Source of the DNA: Dehalococcoidia bacterium | Lineage (GTDB): Bacteria > Chloroflexota > Dehalococcoidia > GIF9 > AB-539-J10 | Length of the DNA stretch: 64,000 bases | Assembly: GCA_030615625.1 (NCBI GenBank) | Contig: JAUWYX010000002.1 | Location: 11,995 to 75,994, forward strand | Direction of reading: 5' to 3' | Shown: positions 10,342 through 19,415 of the stretch, piece after piece | Layout: each line of letters starts with the position of its first letter | Numbering within the stretch: the stretch's first letter is position 1 | Notes under the pieces: generated by a model | The model's database searches: none | What the model saw: the letters and a program-made list of their open reading frames with translations, nothing else | What the model was told of the DNA's origin: nothing | Position numbers and translations under genes: made by a program

Positions 10342-10642
10342 GTATGAAAGAGCAAAAGACAAATCCCAACTACAAAATCCCAATGCCCAAAACAGTTTTG
10401 AATAACGTCATCGCCAGGGGCGAAACTCCGATGCAATCTTGGGGGAGGGACAATGAAATTACCAAGCATCGACGAGTCAGAACTCAGAATGACAAAAAAT
10501 GCTTCACAAGTTTAGTGCGCGGGCTTAGCCTCGTGCGGCACGACCCTGAAGGGTCGCACTACAGAAATCTGGCGCGGAGGCTAAAGCAGAAACGAAGATT
10601 GACACCTTGGTTTTTACTCTTTAGAATAGGGAGATAAAGCTG

Positions 10643-12247
10643 ATGAAAGTCTGGAAGGCGTTTGCCGGGTCACGAAGGCTAAGAATAACTTGCTTCGCCC
10701 TGGCTGGTGCTCTGCTGGCGGCTTCAGTGGTTGGGCTCGGGTATTCTGTGGCGGCGCCGACCGAGGAAATACCGGCGAAATACGAGCATAGGGGACAGTT
10801 CGACTACACGGTTTACCTCAAGCCCAGTATCCTTTACGGTGATTTCATACCGACCGAGGAAGAAGAAGAGGAGGAGGTCCCTATGGTTTTCTTCCGAAAT
10901 ATCATTCAAGAGGTGCAACTGTCCTTCAACTACAACTTTAATTCCAGCCAGCCGCTGGCTAATGTTACCAATAAGGTGGTGGTGTCAGTAATTGCCAAGA
11001 ACCCTGGGGTGTGGCAGAAGGAAATGACGCAGTTGGAGGAGATTCATGCGGGAACAGAGTTCAAGGTGGATTTTCCTTTATCCCTTGCCTCACTAGAACA
11101 GGTGGTGGCTGATATCGAGCAAGAGATAGGGATTAGCACTACCCAGAGAAACTTCATCATCAGAGCTGTGGTTCATACCACGGCCGAGACTGCTCTGGGC
11201 AAGACCATCGAGGACGAATTCAGCTATGAGTTTACAGCCATAACCACAGCTAAGAAATTAGAACTGAAAGGCGACCTTGAGGGTAGTGAAGAGGGTTCCA
11301 AGGAGGGAATAAGGTATGAAGGGGAAGGCCGGTTTGACTACGAGGTATATCTCAAGCCGAATCAGCTTTATGAAACAGATGTGCTCAGGTCGGAGGCACC
11401 TCCTGTGGCAGAGCCTCCGGCAGAACCTCCGGCATCTCCCCAAACCCTGGGCCCAGGGCTGTTGTACTTTCCCAGGATAATTAGCAACATCAAAGCAAGT
11501 TTTTCTTATCAGTTTCTCTGCGATAGACCGATAAGCGAGCAGTCACAAGAGGTTGAGATCACCGCCACAATAGAGAACCCAGGACAGTGGAGCAAGAGCC
11601 TTGTCGTGGTGCCCGAAACAAACAAAGCAGGCAGCTTTACTATATCCTTTCCCATAGACATACAATATTTCACAATGGTGATTGATGCCATCGGGCAGGA
11701 GATAGGTGTGCGCGGGAGTTCCCACAAAATAGTGATTAAAGCTGATGTCCGCACCGTTGCCCGCACCGATCTGGGCATGGTAAACGAGGTCTATACTCAG
11801 ACATTAAGCGGTAAGCTGGAGGCAAATACTCTCACCTTTGATAAAGAGCTATCTGGGTCTCAATCGGGTTCCATTGGTGGAGCTGCGATACCTGGGGCTT
11901 CCGGGGAAGGTGGCTCGAGGGCACCCTGGATTATTGGTCTGGTGATAGCCTTGCTGGCTCTGGGCTATTTTGGCTGGAGCCAAACCCAACTTAGATTGGC
12001 GCCGGTTAGTGCTGGTGAAGCTGAAGCTGCTCGGGCTAGAAAGAAATATAGGCAGATGATGGTGGATGTTGAGGAGTTGCCGGGGGTAAAACCAACTGAG
12101 ACAGTTATACCCCTGAATTCACTGGACGATTTGGTAAGAATCGCCGATGACCTGGTCAAGCCCGTACTCCATCAAGCGGAGGAGGGGCGGCATAGTTATT
12201 GCATTATTGATAGCGGCGTAAGATACCTGTACGTCATTGAGACCTGA
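10643..12247 (+). CDS. Bitopic membrane protein with two about 190-aa tandem repeats, Glu/Pro-rich linkers and a cytoplasmic C-terminal tail (operon partner of sipW)
   Basis: N-terminal signal anchor (AGALLAASVVGLGYSVAAP). Repeat 1 YEHRGQFDYTVYLKPSILY...FRNIIQEVQLSFNYNF; repeat 2 YEGEGRFDYEVYLKPNQLY...FPRIISNIKASFSYQF. Then a Gly/Ser-rich stretch, TM (WIIGLVIALLALGYFGW) and a roughly 80-aa tail. Confidence 0.55.
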   Translation: MKVWKAFAGSRRLRITCFALAGALLAASVVGLGYSVAAPTEEIPAKYEHRGQFDYTVYLKPSILYGDFIPTEEEEEEEVPMVFFRNIIQEVQLSFNYNFNSSQPLANVTNKVVVSVIAKNPGVWQKEMTQLEEIHAGTEFKVDFPLSLASLEQVVADIEQEIGISTTQRNFIIRAVVHTTAETALGKTIEDEFSYEFTAITTAKKLELKGDLEGSEEGSKEGIRYEGEGRFDYEVYLKPNQLYETDVLRSEAPPVAEPPAEPPASPQTLGPGLLYFPRIISNIKASFSYQFLCDRPISEQSQEVEITATIENPGQWSKSLVVVPETNKAGSFTISFPIDIQYFTMVIDAIGQEIGVRGSSHKIVIKADVRTVARTDLGMVNEVYTQTLSGKLEANTLTFDKELSGSQSGSIGGAAIPGASGEGGSRAPWIIGLVIALLALGYFGWSQTQLRLAPVSAGEAEAARARKKYRQMMVDVEELPGVKPTETVIPLNSLDDLVRIADDLVKPVLHQAEEGRHSYCIIDSGVRYLYVIET

Positions 12248-12419
12248 AAATAGTGCTAACCCGCGATGTAGACTAGAAGCTACATTGCCCAGTGTATAGC
12301 GACCAAGCAACGCCCAAGGTAACCATGAGATTGCTTCGTCTCGATAAATCGGGACTCGCAAAGACAGAGGGGAATTACCAACTCTATGCAGAGTCAGCTT
12401 TCAGGCAGGTTCAGGCACA

Positions 12420-12540
12420 ATTAGAGCTTAGTATCTCTTCCAGCACCTCTGTCCATCTGTCCCCGAGGAGCCTAGTGTCTAACTTGATTTGCGTGGCGCC
12501 TATTTTAACTGCACCATCAATAGGGTTGTCAGTGGTCAAC
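12420..12540 (-). pseudogene. Orphan diverged duplicate of the mfd 3' end (last ~40 codons plus stop region)
   Basis: About 115 nt at about 90% identity to 13715-13830 (AATTAGA..CAGCACCTCTG.CCATCTGTCCCC.AGGAGCCT.GTGTCTAACTTGAT.TGCGTGGC.CCTATTTTAACTGC.CCATCAA.AGGG). It lies on the far side of the DUF362 gene. Confidence 0.6.
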
Positions 12541-12673
12541 GGAAACTGGGAGAGATGGCACGCTTACGCTTGCTTCGGCTGCCGAATGGTTGTCGAGCCC
12601 CCGCTCCTATGGCAGCCCCATCAGTGATGAGTTTCAGGATTTCTTGCCCGGCTTTCTGCCACTCCTCAACAGT

Positions 12674-13615
12674 TCATTCAACTACAATGTAGCGGTCCTC
12701 CCCTGTCCCCAAGCCATGCCTCAAAGCTGTCCTGACCTGGGGTAACTGCCAGGGGTCCGCCACGAGCTTGTTATTGGCCTCATAAGCCAAGAGCACTTTA
12801 ATCGCTTCGACATCAATAGCCACAAGGTCCCCGGAAGCAAGCACCACTTCAGGCTCCGCCAACTGGCCCTTGGCAGGACCACCTGAAACGAAGGCCTTTC
12901 TGCCATCCATGATTATGAGATTTGGTTGCCAGCACAGGCTGATTTCCGCAATCTTTTGCTCCAAGTGGCGAGCGTGAAGAGCACGCCGTTCGCCAGGGTG
13001 CACAAAGCCTACCGCAAGCTTCAGCGCCCCCGAAAATCGTGCCAAAATATGGGTTTTCAGGCAGGGCAGGTATACTATCTTGTCAGCTTCATAGGCTGAG
13101 CGTGGCATGGAAACAGAGCTCAGATAGTCCCCATTAACCTTGACCCTTACCCAATCATCAGGTTTATCATCGAAAGCAATGAGCTCCACCCCCAGATCAC
13201 GCGCTAACTCAAAAATACCCAGTTTCCTGAACACTTTGCTGGTGGGTCTCCATATCCCACCGGAGCTTTCGCCTATTGTAACTTTTGCTCCCGCTTCCAG
13301 GAGGAGTTCGACTACGGCGCGCAGAAACACCAGGTCGGTAGAGCCAGGATACGGGTCCTGGCTGTTAAAATTTGGCTTAAGCAGAACCCTGTCGCCCTTG
13401 TCTATAACCGGCTCCAGGGAACCCAGCAGTGCGATGGCCCTATCAATAGCAGCCTTGATGTCTCCACCTGCCTTCACCTTAGCCACCAGAGCCTGGCCAT
13501 TTCTGAGCCAGGGGTTGGCAGGGCGAGGCCTGGGGTCAACAAGCGGAATATCCCTGGGCGCCCTATCAGTGAGGAAGTGATAAACCCCGGCAATCTTATC
13601 TCCAAAATCCGTCAT
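12674..13615 (-). CDS. DUF362-family protein (inserted between mfd and an orphan mfd 3' copy)
   Basis: LLKPNFNSQDPYPGSTDLVFLRAVVE and the C-terminal block resemble the DUF362 fold. Start set at ATG 13615 with an AAGGAGG SD; the ORF track extends to 13657. Confidence 0.55.
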   Translation of the reverse strand: MTDFGDKIAGVYHFLTDRAPRDIPLVDPRPRPANPWLRNGQALVAKVKAGGDIKAAIDRAIALLGSLEPVIDKGDRVLLKPNFNSQDPYPGSTDLVFLRAVVELLLEAGAKVTIGESSGGIWRPTSKVFRKLGIFELARDLGVELIAFDDKPDDWVRVKVNGDYLSSVSMPRSAYEADKIVYLPCLKTHILARFSGALKLAVGFVHPGERRALHARHLEQKIAEISLCWQPNLIIMDGRKAFVSGGPAKGQLAEPEVVLASGDLVAIDVEAIKVLLAYEANNKLVADPWQLPQVRTALRHGLGTGEDRYIVVE

Positions 13616-13706
13616 TTGTGTTCCTCCTTGCGAACGGCAACTCTTAAGTCCTGCCATGCTCGTAACAAGTTTTTGGTTTTCAAATATTTGTGCATTTCAG
13701 CAACCT

Positions 13707-16700
13707 CTAATTAGACCTCAGTATCTCCACCAGCACCTCTGACCATCTGTCCCCCAGGAGCCTGGTGTCTAACTTGATCTGCGTGGCACCTATTTTAACT
13801 GCGCCATCAACAGGGCTGGTAACTATCAGCCGGCGGCCATCGGTTTGGGGCTTTATCACAATTTGCCTTCCCTGTGTGGAAATAGAGCTTACCTCGGCCC
13901 ACGTAGCCAGAACCTTGATTTTCACCACGTAAAGAAGATTTTCCACAGGCTTAGGCAAAGGACCAAATCTATCTTTGAATTCTCGAGCCATGTCCTCTAC
14001 TTCCTCGATATGCTCCACCCTGGCCAGTCTGTGGTAAAGGCTTAATCGAGTATTTAGATTGGAAACATACTCTTCCGGTATGTGGGCGGCTAAAGGCAGG
14101 GATATGCTGGGCAATTCCTTCGCTTCGCTCGTAATGACACTCTTCCTCACTTCGCCAGCTTGCTTTGCTTTCAACTCCTCCACTGCCTCAGCCAGTAACT
14201 GGCAATAAAGGTCAAAGCCCAGGGCGGCGATATGCCCGCTTTGCTTGACCCCTAAAAGATTGCCCGCTCCCCGAATTTCCAGGTCCTTCATAGCAATACC
14301 AAATCCCGAACCCAGTTCGGTAGCCTCGAAGATAGTCCTGAGCCTCTTATAAGCCTGGGGGGTTAGCTGCCTCCCCTCGTCAAAGAAGAAATAAGCATAA
14401 GCCTGGTTGATACCGCGGCCCACCCTGCCCCTCAACTGATAAAGCTGAGCCAGGCCGAACCTGTCAGCCCGGTCAATAATCAGCGTATTAACATTAGGCA
14501 TATCCAGACCTAATTGGATAATAGTGGTGGTCACCAGAATATCATACTTGCCAGCGATAAAATCCGTCATGACTTTTTCCAATTGCTCTTCAGGCATTCG
14601 CCCATGAGCTATAGCTATTCGAGCTTCGGGCACTAAATCCTGTAATTTGCTGGCAGCTAAAGCAATGCTCTGAACGCGGTTATGGACAAGGAAGACTTGA
14701 CCATTCCTCTCCAGTTCACGCAATACCACCTGCCTGACCAGAGTGCCATCGTAAACCCCGACATAGGTCTGGACAGACAGGCGTTCTTCAGGAGGCGTTT
14801 CCACAATGCTCATATCCCTGATTCCGGTTAAAGACATGTGAAGGGTGCGCGGGATGGGAGTAGCGCTAAGAGCCAGGGTATCCACTTCCTTCCTTATCTG
14901 CTTGAGTTTCTCCTTCTGCACCACGCCAAACTGTTGTTCTTCATCGATTATTACCACTCCCAGGTCTTTGAATTTGATGTCTTTTTGCAACAGGCGATGA
15001 GTGCCGATACATATATCCACAGTGCCATTGGCTAAGCCTTCAAGGACTTCCCTTTCTTTTTCCGGGGGACAGAAGCGGCTCAGCATTTCTACTCTTAAAG
15101 GAAAGGTTTGCAACCTCTCGGTAAAGGTAATGAAATGCTGTTGAGCCAGCACGGTGGTCGGGACCAGAATAGCTACTTGTTTGTTATCCATAACCGCCTT
15201 AAAAGCAGCACGCAATGCTATTTCGGTTTTGCCATAGCCCACGTCGCCACAGATAAGCCGGTCCATGGGCTTGGCTTTCTCCATGTCCTCTTTAACCGTC
15301 ATGATTGCCTCAATCTGGTCCGGCGTTTCCATATAAGGAAATGATGCCTCTAGCTCCTGTTGCCATAGTGAATCTTCACAGAAGGCGAAGCCGGGAGCTA
15401 CCTCCCGAGCAGCATAAAGGTCAAGTAGTTCCTGAGCAATTTCCGCCACCGATTCTTTAACCCTTTTCTTGGTCCTTTGCCATTCCGGGGTTCTCAAACG
15501 GCTCAAGTGTGGTGCCTGGTCGCCAGCACCGATATAGCGGCTGACGCGGCCTATCCGTTCAGTAGGCACATAGAGCCTGTCACCAGCGGCATACTCTAAA
15601 ACAAGGTATTCTCTCTCTACTCCATCGGAGGACATCCTGGCCAGACCGTGGAACTTGGCGATGCCATGGTCAACGTGGACGACATAATCGCCGGGGGCTA
15701 ACTGAGGAAGAAACCATTGGTGAGGTATTGGCCTCTTCTTGCCCGCTCGCGGCTGCTTCACAAAGCCAAAGAGCTCGGCATCAGTGATAAGGGTCAGCCT
15801 GTCATCCATTACCCAGCCTCCGTCCAGCGAGCCCTGGAGTACGGTGATTGAACCGGGCGGAGGTATCTGTACTATCTCTGATGCCGGCGAAGTATGAATG
15901 TCCTCTTTCTGGAGAAGTTCAGCCAACCGATTTGCTTGATGGCTAATTACGACCACGCGCTGTCTTTGTTCCACCATTTGCTTGGCTGTTTTGAGGAACC
16001 TTTCCAACTGACTGCCATAACTCTGAGCTCTGATGAAGGGCAAAGCCTGTCCATAACTCTGGGCGGCATCCCATGTTGCCAGCGCCAAAAAAAGAGCACC
16101 TTTCCTTCCTCTATCCCCTTCTTTCATCTGAGACTCTAATTCCTCCCAGGTGAGGTAAGGAGAGGGAAAGTCCTCAGGCAACTCGCCTCTTTCCATCTTT
16201 GTGGCTCTTAATTCTTGAGTTTCTTCGTTTAGCCTGGTGACGACAAGTTCAATTCCTTCAGGGTCATCGAGAACGAGCAAGGCCTCACCGCCAAGGTAGT
16301 CAAGGACGCTTCCAGCCACCACCTCAGAGCTATCAGCCATTGGCATAAATTCTCTAGCCGGGGTGACAATCAACGAGGATACGGGGCTGGCTGAGCGTTG
16401 GCTTTCCGGGTCGAAGCATCTCATGCTCTCTATCTGGTCGCCGAAGAACTCTATGCGAACTGGCAACTGGCTGCAAGGGGGAAAGACATCAATAATGCCA
16501 CCCCGTTTGCTTATCTGCCCGGGCAACTCGACAACGTCCTCCATTTCGTAGCCCATGCTTTGCCATCGGCGCAGTAGCTCCAGTGGCTCAGCAGCCACGC
16601 CTGGCTCCAAAATATGACAGGCAGCCACAAAATCCCTTTGCGGGATGGTTTTACTCATGATTGCCAGGGCCGAGGTTACTACCAAGGGAGGTTTTGTCAC

Positions 16701-17201
16701 CCTTTCTTTTCCATCATTGCAAGACTCACCTCCCCCTCCGTCATTGCGAGGCACGCCTTCTTTTTCGTCATTGAAAGCCACCGTTTCCCCTGTCATTGCG
16801 AGTCCCGATTTATCGGGACGAAGCAATCTCGGTGGGGCATGGAGGGGCTGGTAAAGGGCCAAGGTGGCTAATGCCCTCAACCTCTCCAGCATCTGATAGC
16901 TGATAGCTGAGAGCTGAGAGCTATCATAAGGCAGGAAGTCGAGCTCAGGGAGACGATGCAACTCGGCCGAAGGGGAACACCAGGCTCGAAGCTGCTCATG
17001 AAGCTTTCGGGCAGTCTCAGGCTGACCAGTCACCACCATGAGGGGCAAATCGAGCTCTTCGTAAAGAGCGGCAATCAAATAGGGCTTGGCAGCATCGAGT
17101 ATGATTGCCTTATGCTCACCTTTGGCTGTGGACAGCTCCCCCACCAGTTGCCTGTAGGCAGGCATTTCTTTGAGCAAAGAAAGCAAACAAGAGAGATTCA
17201 T
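13707..17201 (-). CDS. mfd: Transcription-repair coupling factor Mfd, carrying an in-frame about 50-aa insertion encoded by a MITE-like repeat array
   Basis: 1164 aa; UvrB-homology N-terminus, RNAP-interaction domain, DEAD/helicase motifs (GDVGYGKTEIALRAAF, DEEQQFGV), TRG motif and C-terminal D7. Residues about 108-160 (RLLRPDKSGLAMTGETVAFNDEKEGVPRNDGGGGESCNDGKERVTKPP) are translated from GTCATTGCGAG repeats. Confidence 0.85.
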   Translation of the reverse strand: MNLSCLLSLLKEMPAYRQLVGELSTAKGEHKAIILDAAKPYLIAALYEELDLPLMVVTGQPETARKLHEQLRAWCSPSAELHRLPELDFLPYDSSQLSAISYQMLERLRALATLALYQPLHAPPRLLRPDKSGLAMTGETVAFNDEKEGVPRNDGGGGESCNDGKERVTKPPLVVTSALAIMSKTIPQRDFVAACHILEPGVAAEPLELLRRWQSMGYEMEDVVELPGQISKRGGIIDVFPPCSQLPVRIEFFGDQIESMRCFDPESQRSASPVSSLIVTPAREFMPMADSSEVVAGSVLDYLGGEALLVLDDPEGIELVVTRLNEETQELRATKMERGELPEDFPSPYLTWEELESQMKEGDRGRKGALFLALATWDAAQSYGQALPFIRAQSYGSQLERFLKTAKQMVEQRQRVVVISHQANRLAELLQKEDIHTSPASEIVQIPPPGSITVLQGSLDGGWVMDDRLTLITDAELFGFVKQPRAGKKRPIPHQWFLPQLAPGDYVVHVDHGIAKFHGLARMSSDGVEREYLVLEYAAGDRLYVPTERIGRVSRYIGAGDQAPHLSRLRTPEWQRTKKRVKESVAEIAQELLDLYAAREVAPGFAFCEDSLWQQELEASFPYMETPDQIEAIMTVKEDMEKAKPMDRLICGDVGYGKTEIALRAAFKAVMDNKQVAILVPTTVLAQQHFITFTERLQTFPLRVEMLSRFCPPEKEREVLEGLANGTVDICIGTHRLLQKDIKFKDLGVVIIDEEQQFGVVQKEKLKQIRKEVDTLALSATPIPRTLHMSLTGIRDMSIVETPPEERLSVQTYVGVYDGTLVRQVVLRELERNGQVFLVHNRVQSIALAASKLQDLVPEARIAIAHGRMPEEQLEKVMTDFIAGKYDILVTTTIIQLGLDMPNVNTLIIDRADRFGLAQLYQLRGRVGRGINQAYAYFFFDEGRQLTPQAYKRLRTIFEATELGSGFGIAMKDLEIRGAGNLLGVKQSGHIAALGFDLYCQLLAEAVEELKAKQAGEVRKSVITSEAKELPSISLPLAAHIPEEYVSNLNTRLSLYHRLARVEHIEEVEDMAREFKDRFGPLPKPVENLLYVVKIKVLATWAEVSSISTQGRQIVIKPQTDGRRLIVTSPVDGAVKIGATQIKLDTRLLGDRWSEVLVEILRSN
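16690..16860. repeat. Array of four GTCATTGCGAG-type repeat units plus a TCCCGATAAATCGGGA hairpin, in frame inside mfd
   Basis: CCATCATTGCAAG / CCGTCATTGCGAG / TCGTCATTGAAAG / TGTCATTGCGAGTCCCGATTTATCGGGACGAAGCAATCTC. A related copy at 12325-12375 (CTTCGTCTCGATAAATCGGGACTCGCAAAGACAGAGGGG). Confidence 0.55.
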
Positions 17202-17233
17202 ACGAAAATACCAATGTCCTCGTTAAGTTAATC

Positions 17234-17533
17234 CTATAACTTCTTCTTGAGCGAATCCACCTTCTCCTTCATGCCCTGGGCCTTGTCTCGCCGGTCGTCA
17301 ATTTTAATCGTAGTCAACACCCTGGCCACCCCTTCCCCAAAAGTCCCTTCGTGCATCTTCTTTACCACTGCTAAAATCCTGTCCAAGTCACCTTCTATAA
17401 TCGTCCCCATTGCGGTCATCTCGTACCTTATGTCCTTTTCCTGCTCCAGGACCTTGACCGCCCGTGCCACGTATTGGCTGAGTGAAGAAGTCTTTGTTCC
17501 TAACGGGACAACGCTTACCTCGGCTATTGCCAT
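17234..17533 (-). CDS. MTH1187/YkoF-family (DUF77) thiamine-binding protein
   Basis: 99 aa; VSVVPLGT...YEMTAMGTIIEGDLDRIL matches the MTH1187 family. Confidence 0.6.
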   Translation of the reverse strand: MAIAEVSVVPLGTKTSSLSQYVARAVKVLEQEKDIRYEMTAMGTIIEGDLDRILAVVKKMHEGTFGEGVARVLTTIKIDDRRDKAQGMKEKVDSLKKKL

Positions 17534-17585
17534 TCTATCACCTCCTTACACATCCAGATTTTTTGTATTTGCCTGATTTATCAGG

Positions 17586-17689
17586 CCCTCCGCTTTTTGT
17601 CATTGCGAGCCCCGACTTGTCGGGGCGTGGCAATCTCATTGCCTTCCCACCCAGATTGCTTCGTCACTTCGCTCCTCGCAATGACAAAG
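17586..17689. repeat. MITE-like element with 14-bp perfect terminal inverted repeats
   Basis: TTTGTCATTGCGAG at the left end and CTCGCAATGACAAA at the right end. Internal hairpin CCCCGAC-TTGT-CGGGGC and a GATTGCTTCGTCACTTCG motif shared with the copy at 5440. Confidence 0.6.
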
Positions 17690-17833
17690 GGGAAGCCCAA
17701 CGAATTGGGCAACTACATTTTTAGACTGCCAATATATTATGTCAACTAAACAGGGGTTCTTTCGCCCCCACTCATCGGAGAACCTCTGTGTTTAGTTCTA
17801 TTTTACCAGCAATGATAAAATAACTAGAAATAT

Positions 17834-18598
17834 ATGAAGGAATTAATTGAAAGCCTGGCCAGAAAGGCTGGCGATACCCTGATGAAGTATTTTCGCCAGG
17901 ACTGGGCTTTGCTTAAAGAGCGAAGCACGGCTAAGGAAGCAGCCACCAAATATGATAAAGAGGTGGACAGGTTAATTGTTGAAGAGATTAAGAGACGTTA
18001 TCCTCACCACAGCCTGCTCACTGAGGAAAGCGGCTTTCTCCAGGATGACCCCGATTGGCTTTGGATTGTAGATTCTTTGGATGGCACAGGCGATTTTGCC
18101 AATTTCAACCCTTTCTTTTCCGTGTGCATAGCTTTAATGCATAAAAATGAGCTTGTTTTAGGGGCAATCTGCGCCCCGGCGATTGATGAGTTTTACTTTG
18201 CTGAAAAGGGCAAGGGTGCTTACTTAAACGGGGTAAAGATTCAAGTATCCGATGTATCAGACCTCAGCCAGAGCTACATTTTCTACTGTGAAGGTGGAGA
18301 GAAAAACCGGGGAAGAACAGGCGAGCTCCTGTATAAGGTTTACCCCCGGGTTATGGACATACGCAAGCTAGGTTCGGCTGGGCTGGAAACAGCCTGGGTT
18401 GCCGCCGGCAAAGGAGAGGCTTACTTCTCCACCAGGATTGAGCCCTGGGATGTTGCCCCCGGTGTCTTATTAGTGCAAGAAGCTGGTGGAAAGGTTAGCG
18501 ACTTTCAGGGCAATTCCTGGAAGCCCCAAACAAGCGACCTTTTATTCTCTAACAAAAAGCTTCACGAGAAGATATTGAGCTTGATTTCTTCCCAGTGA
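17834..18598 (+). CDS. Inositol monophosphatase family protein (SuhB/ImpA-like)
   Basis: EESG, WIVDSLDGTGDF (metal-binding motif), WDVAPG. Confidence 0.7.
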   Translation: MKELIESLARKAGDTLMKYFRQDWALLKERSTAKEAATKYDKEVDRLIVEEIKRRYPHHSLLTEESGFLQDDPDWLWIVDSLDGTGDFANFNPFFSVCIALMHKNELVLGAICAPAIDEFYFAEKGKGAYLNGVKIQVSDVSDLSQSYIFYCEGGEKNRGRTGELLYKVYPRVMDIRKLGSAGLETAWVAAGKGEAYFSTRIEPWDVAPGVLLVQEAGGKVSDFQGNSWKPQTSDLLFSNKKLHEKILSLISSQ

Positions 18599-18613
18599 TA
18601 TAAAGGAGGATGA

Positions 18614-18829
18614 ATGAGCGAGGCGAGAGTTTTCACCGTTGCCCGGTCCCGGGAAAAGGGCTATGCTAAGCTGGCATTCAAACCCGGAATCACGCCTGAC
18701 GAGCTTGAGCCAGAGGGGGCAAGGTTTGGACAGTGGCTATTGGAGAATGGCTCGACTTCGTTCCTCAAAGGTCTGCACCACTTATTCGACGAAGCCGAGA
18801 TAACCAAAAAGATAGGCCTGGGCTATTAA
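18614..18829 (+). CDS. Hypothetical small protein
   Basis: 71 aa; strong SD (AAAGGAGGATGAATG). No recognisable family. Confidence 0.35.
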   Translation: MSEARVFTVARSREKGYAKLAFKPGITPDELEPEGARFGQWLLENGSTSFLKGLHHLFDEAEITKKIGLGY

Positions 18830-18879
18830 GGAAAGGAAGGTTACAGGTAATCCTGGTTAGAAGCCTTCTTGAATCTGCT

Positions 18880-19350
18880 ATGTCAACAGAGAAAGCAATT
18901 ATAAAGACACTGGGAGGAAAAGAAATTACCATAACGGAGCAAACTCCCATCCCCTGTTTTCGCTGTGGCATCTGCTGCGCCTGCTTCCAGGCTCCACTTA
19001 CCCGCAAAGACATAGACAACATTGCTTCAGCCCTGGGAATATCAAGCTCGAAGTGCATCTCCAGATATGCTCTGAAGGTGCCGATAAAGGAAGGTTACCT
19101 GCTCAAGAAAACCAAGAAAGGCTGCATCTTCCTGGCCTGGGATGCGGATGGGAAAGCCCGCTGCGCCATATATCCTTCGCGTCCTAAAGCCTGTCGGGAA
19201 TGGATACCCAGCCTTGCCAAGCCCGAATGCCGCGAAGGATTAGCTAAACTCAAGTCCGAAGGACAAATAATGCTACTGGAGGAACTCTTCAGTTCCCAAA
19301 AAGACAAGCAGGGCCTTTACTCATCTCTGGAAAAAGAACCTCTGCTTTAG
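18880..19350 (+). CDS. YkgJ-family cysteine-cluster (CxxCxxCC) protein
   Basis: CFRCGICCACFQ ... KKGCIFL ... CAIYPSRPKACREW is the UPF0153/YkgJ pattern. Start placed at MSTEK; the ORF track starts earlier, overlapping the upstream ORF. Confidence 0.55.
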   Translation: MSTEKAIIKTLGGKEITITEQTPIPCFRCGICCACFQAPLTRKDIDNIASALGISSSKCISRYALKVPIKEGYLLKKTKKGCIFLAWDADGKARCAIYPSRPKACREWIPSLAKPECREGLAKLKSEGQIMLLEELFSSQKDKQGLYSSLEKEPLL

Positions 19351-19415
19351 CTTCCAAGGCAACATTTTTGAAGAGCACAGACTCTTTCTCAAAATAGATG
19401 ATACCTTTCGACAAC

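Noticed and set aside
9733-10383. 216-aa minus-strand ORF (also 9774..10157 and 9112..9585)
   Set aside because: Antisense to the sipW-fusion gene in a GC-rich stretch, where long spurious frames are expected.
12292-12627. 111-aa plus-strand ORF
   Set aside because: It is the antisense reading of the orphan mfd 3' duplicate and MITE fragment. No start context.
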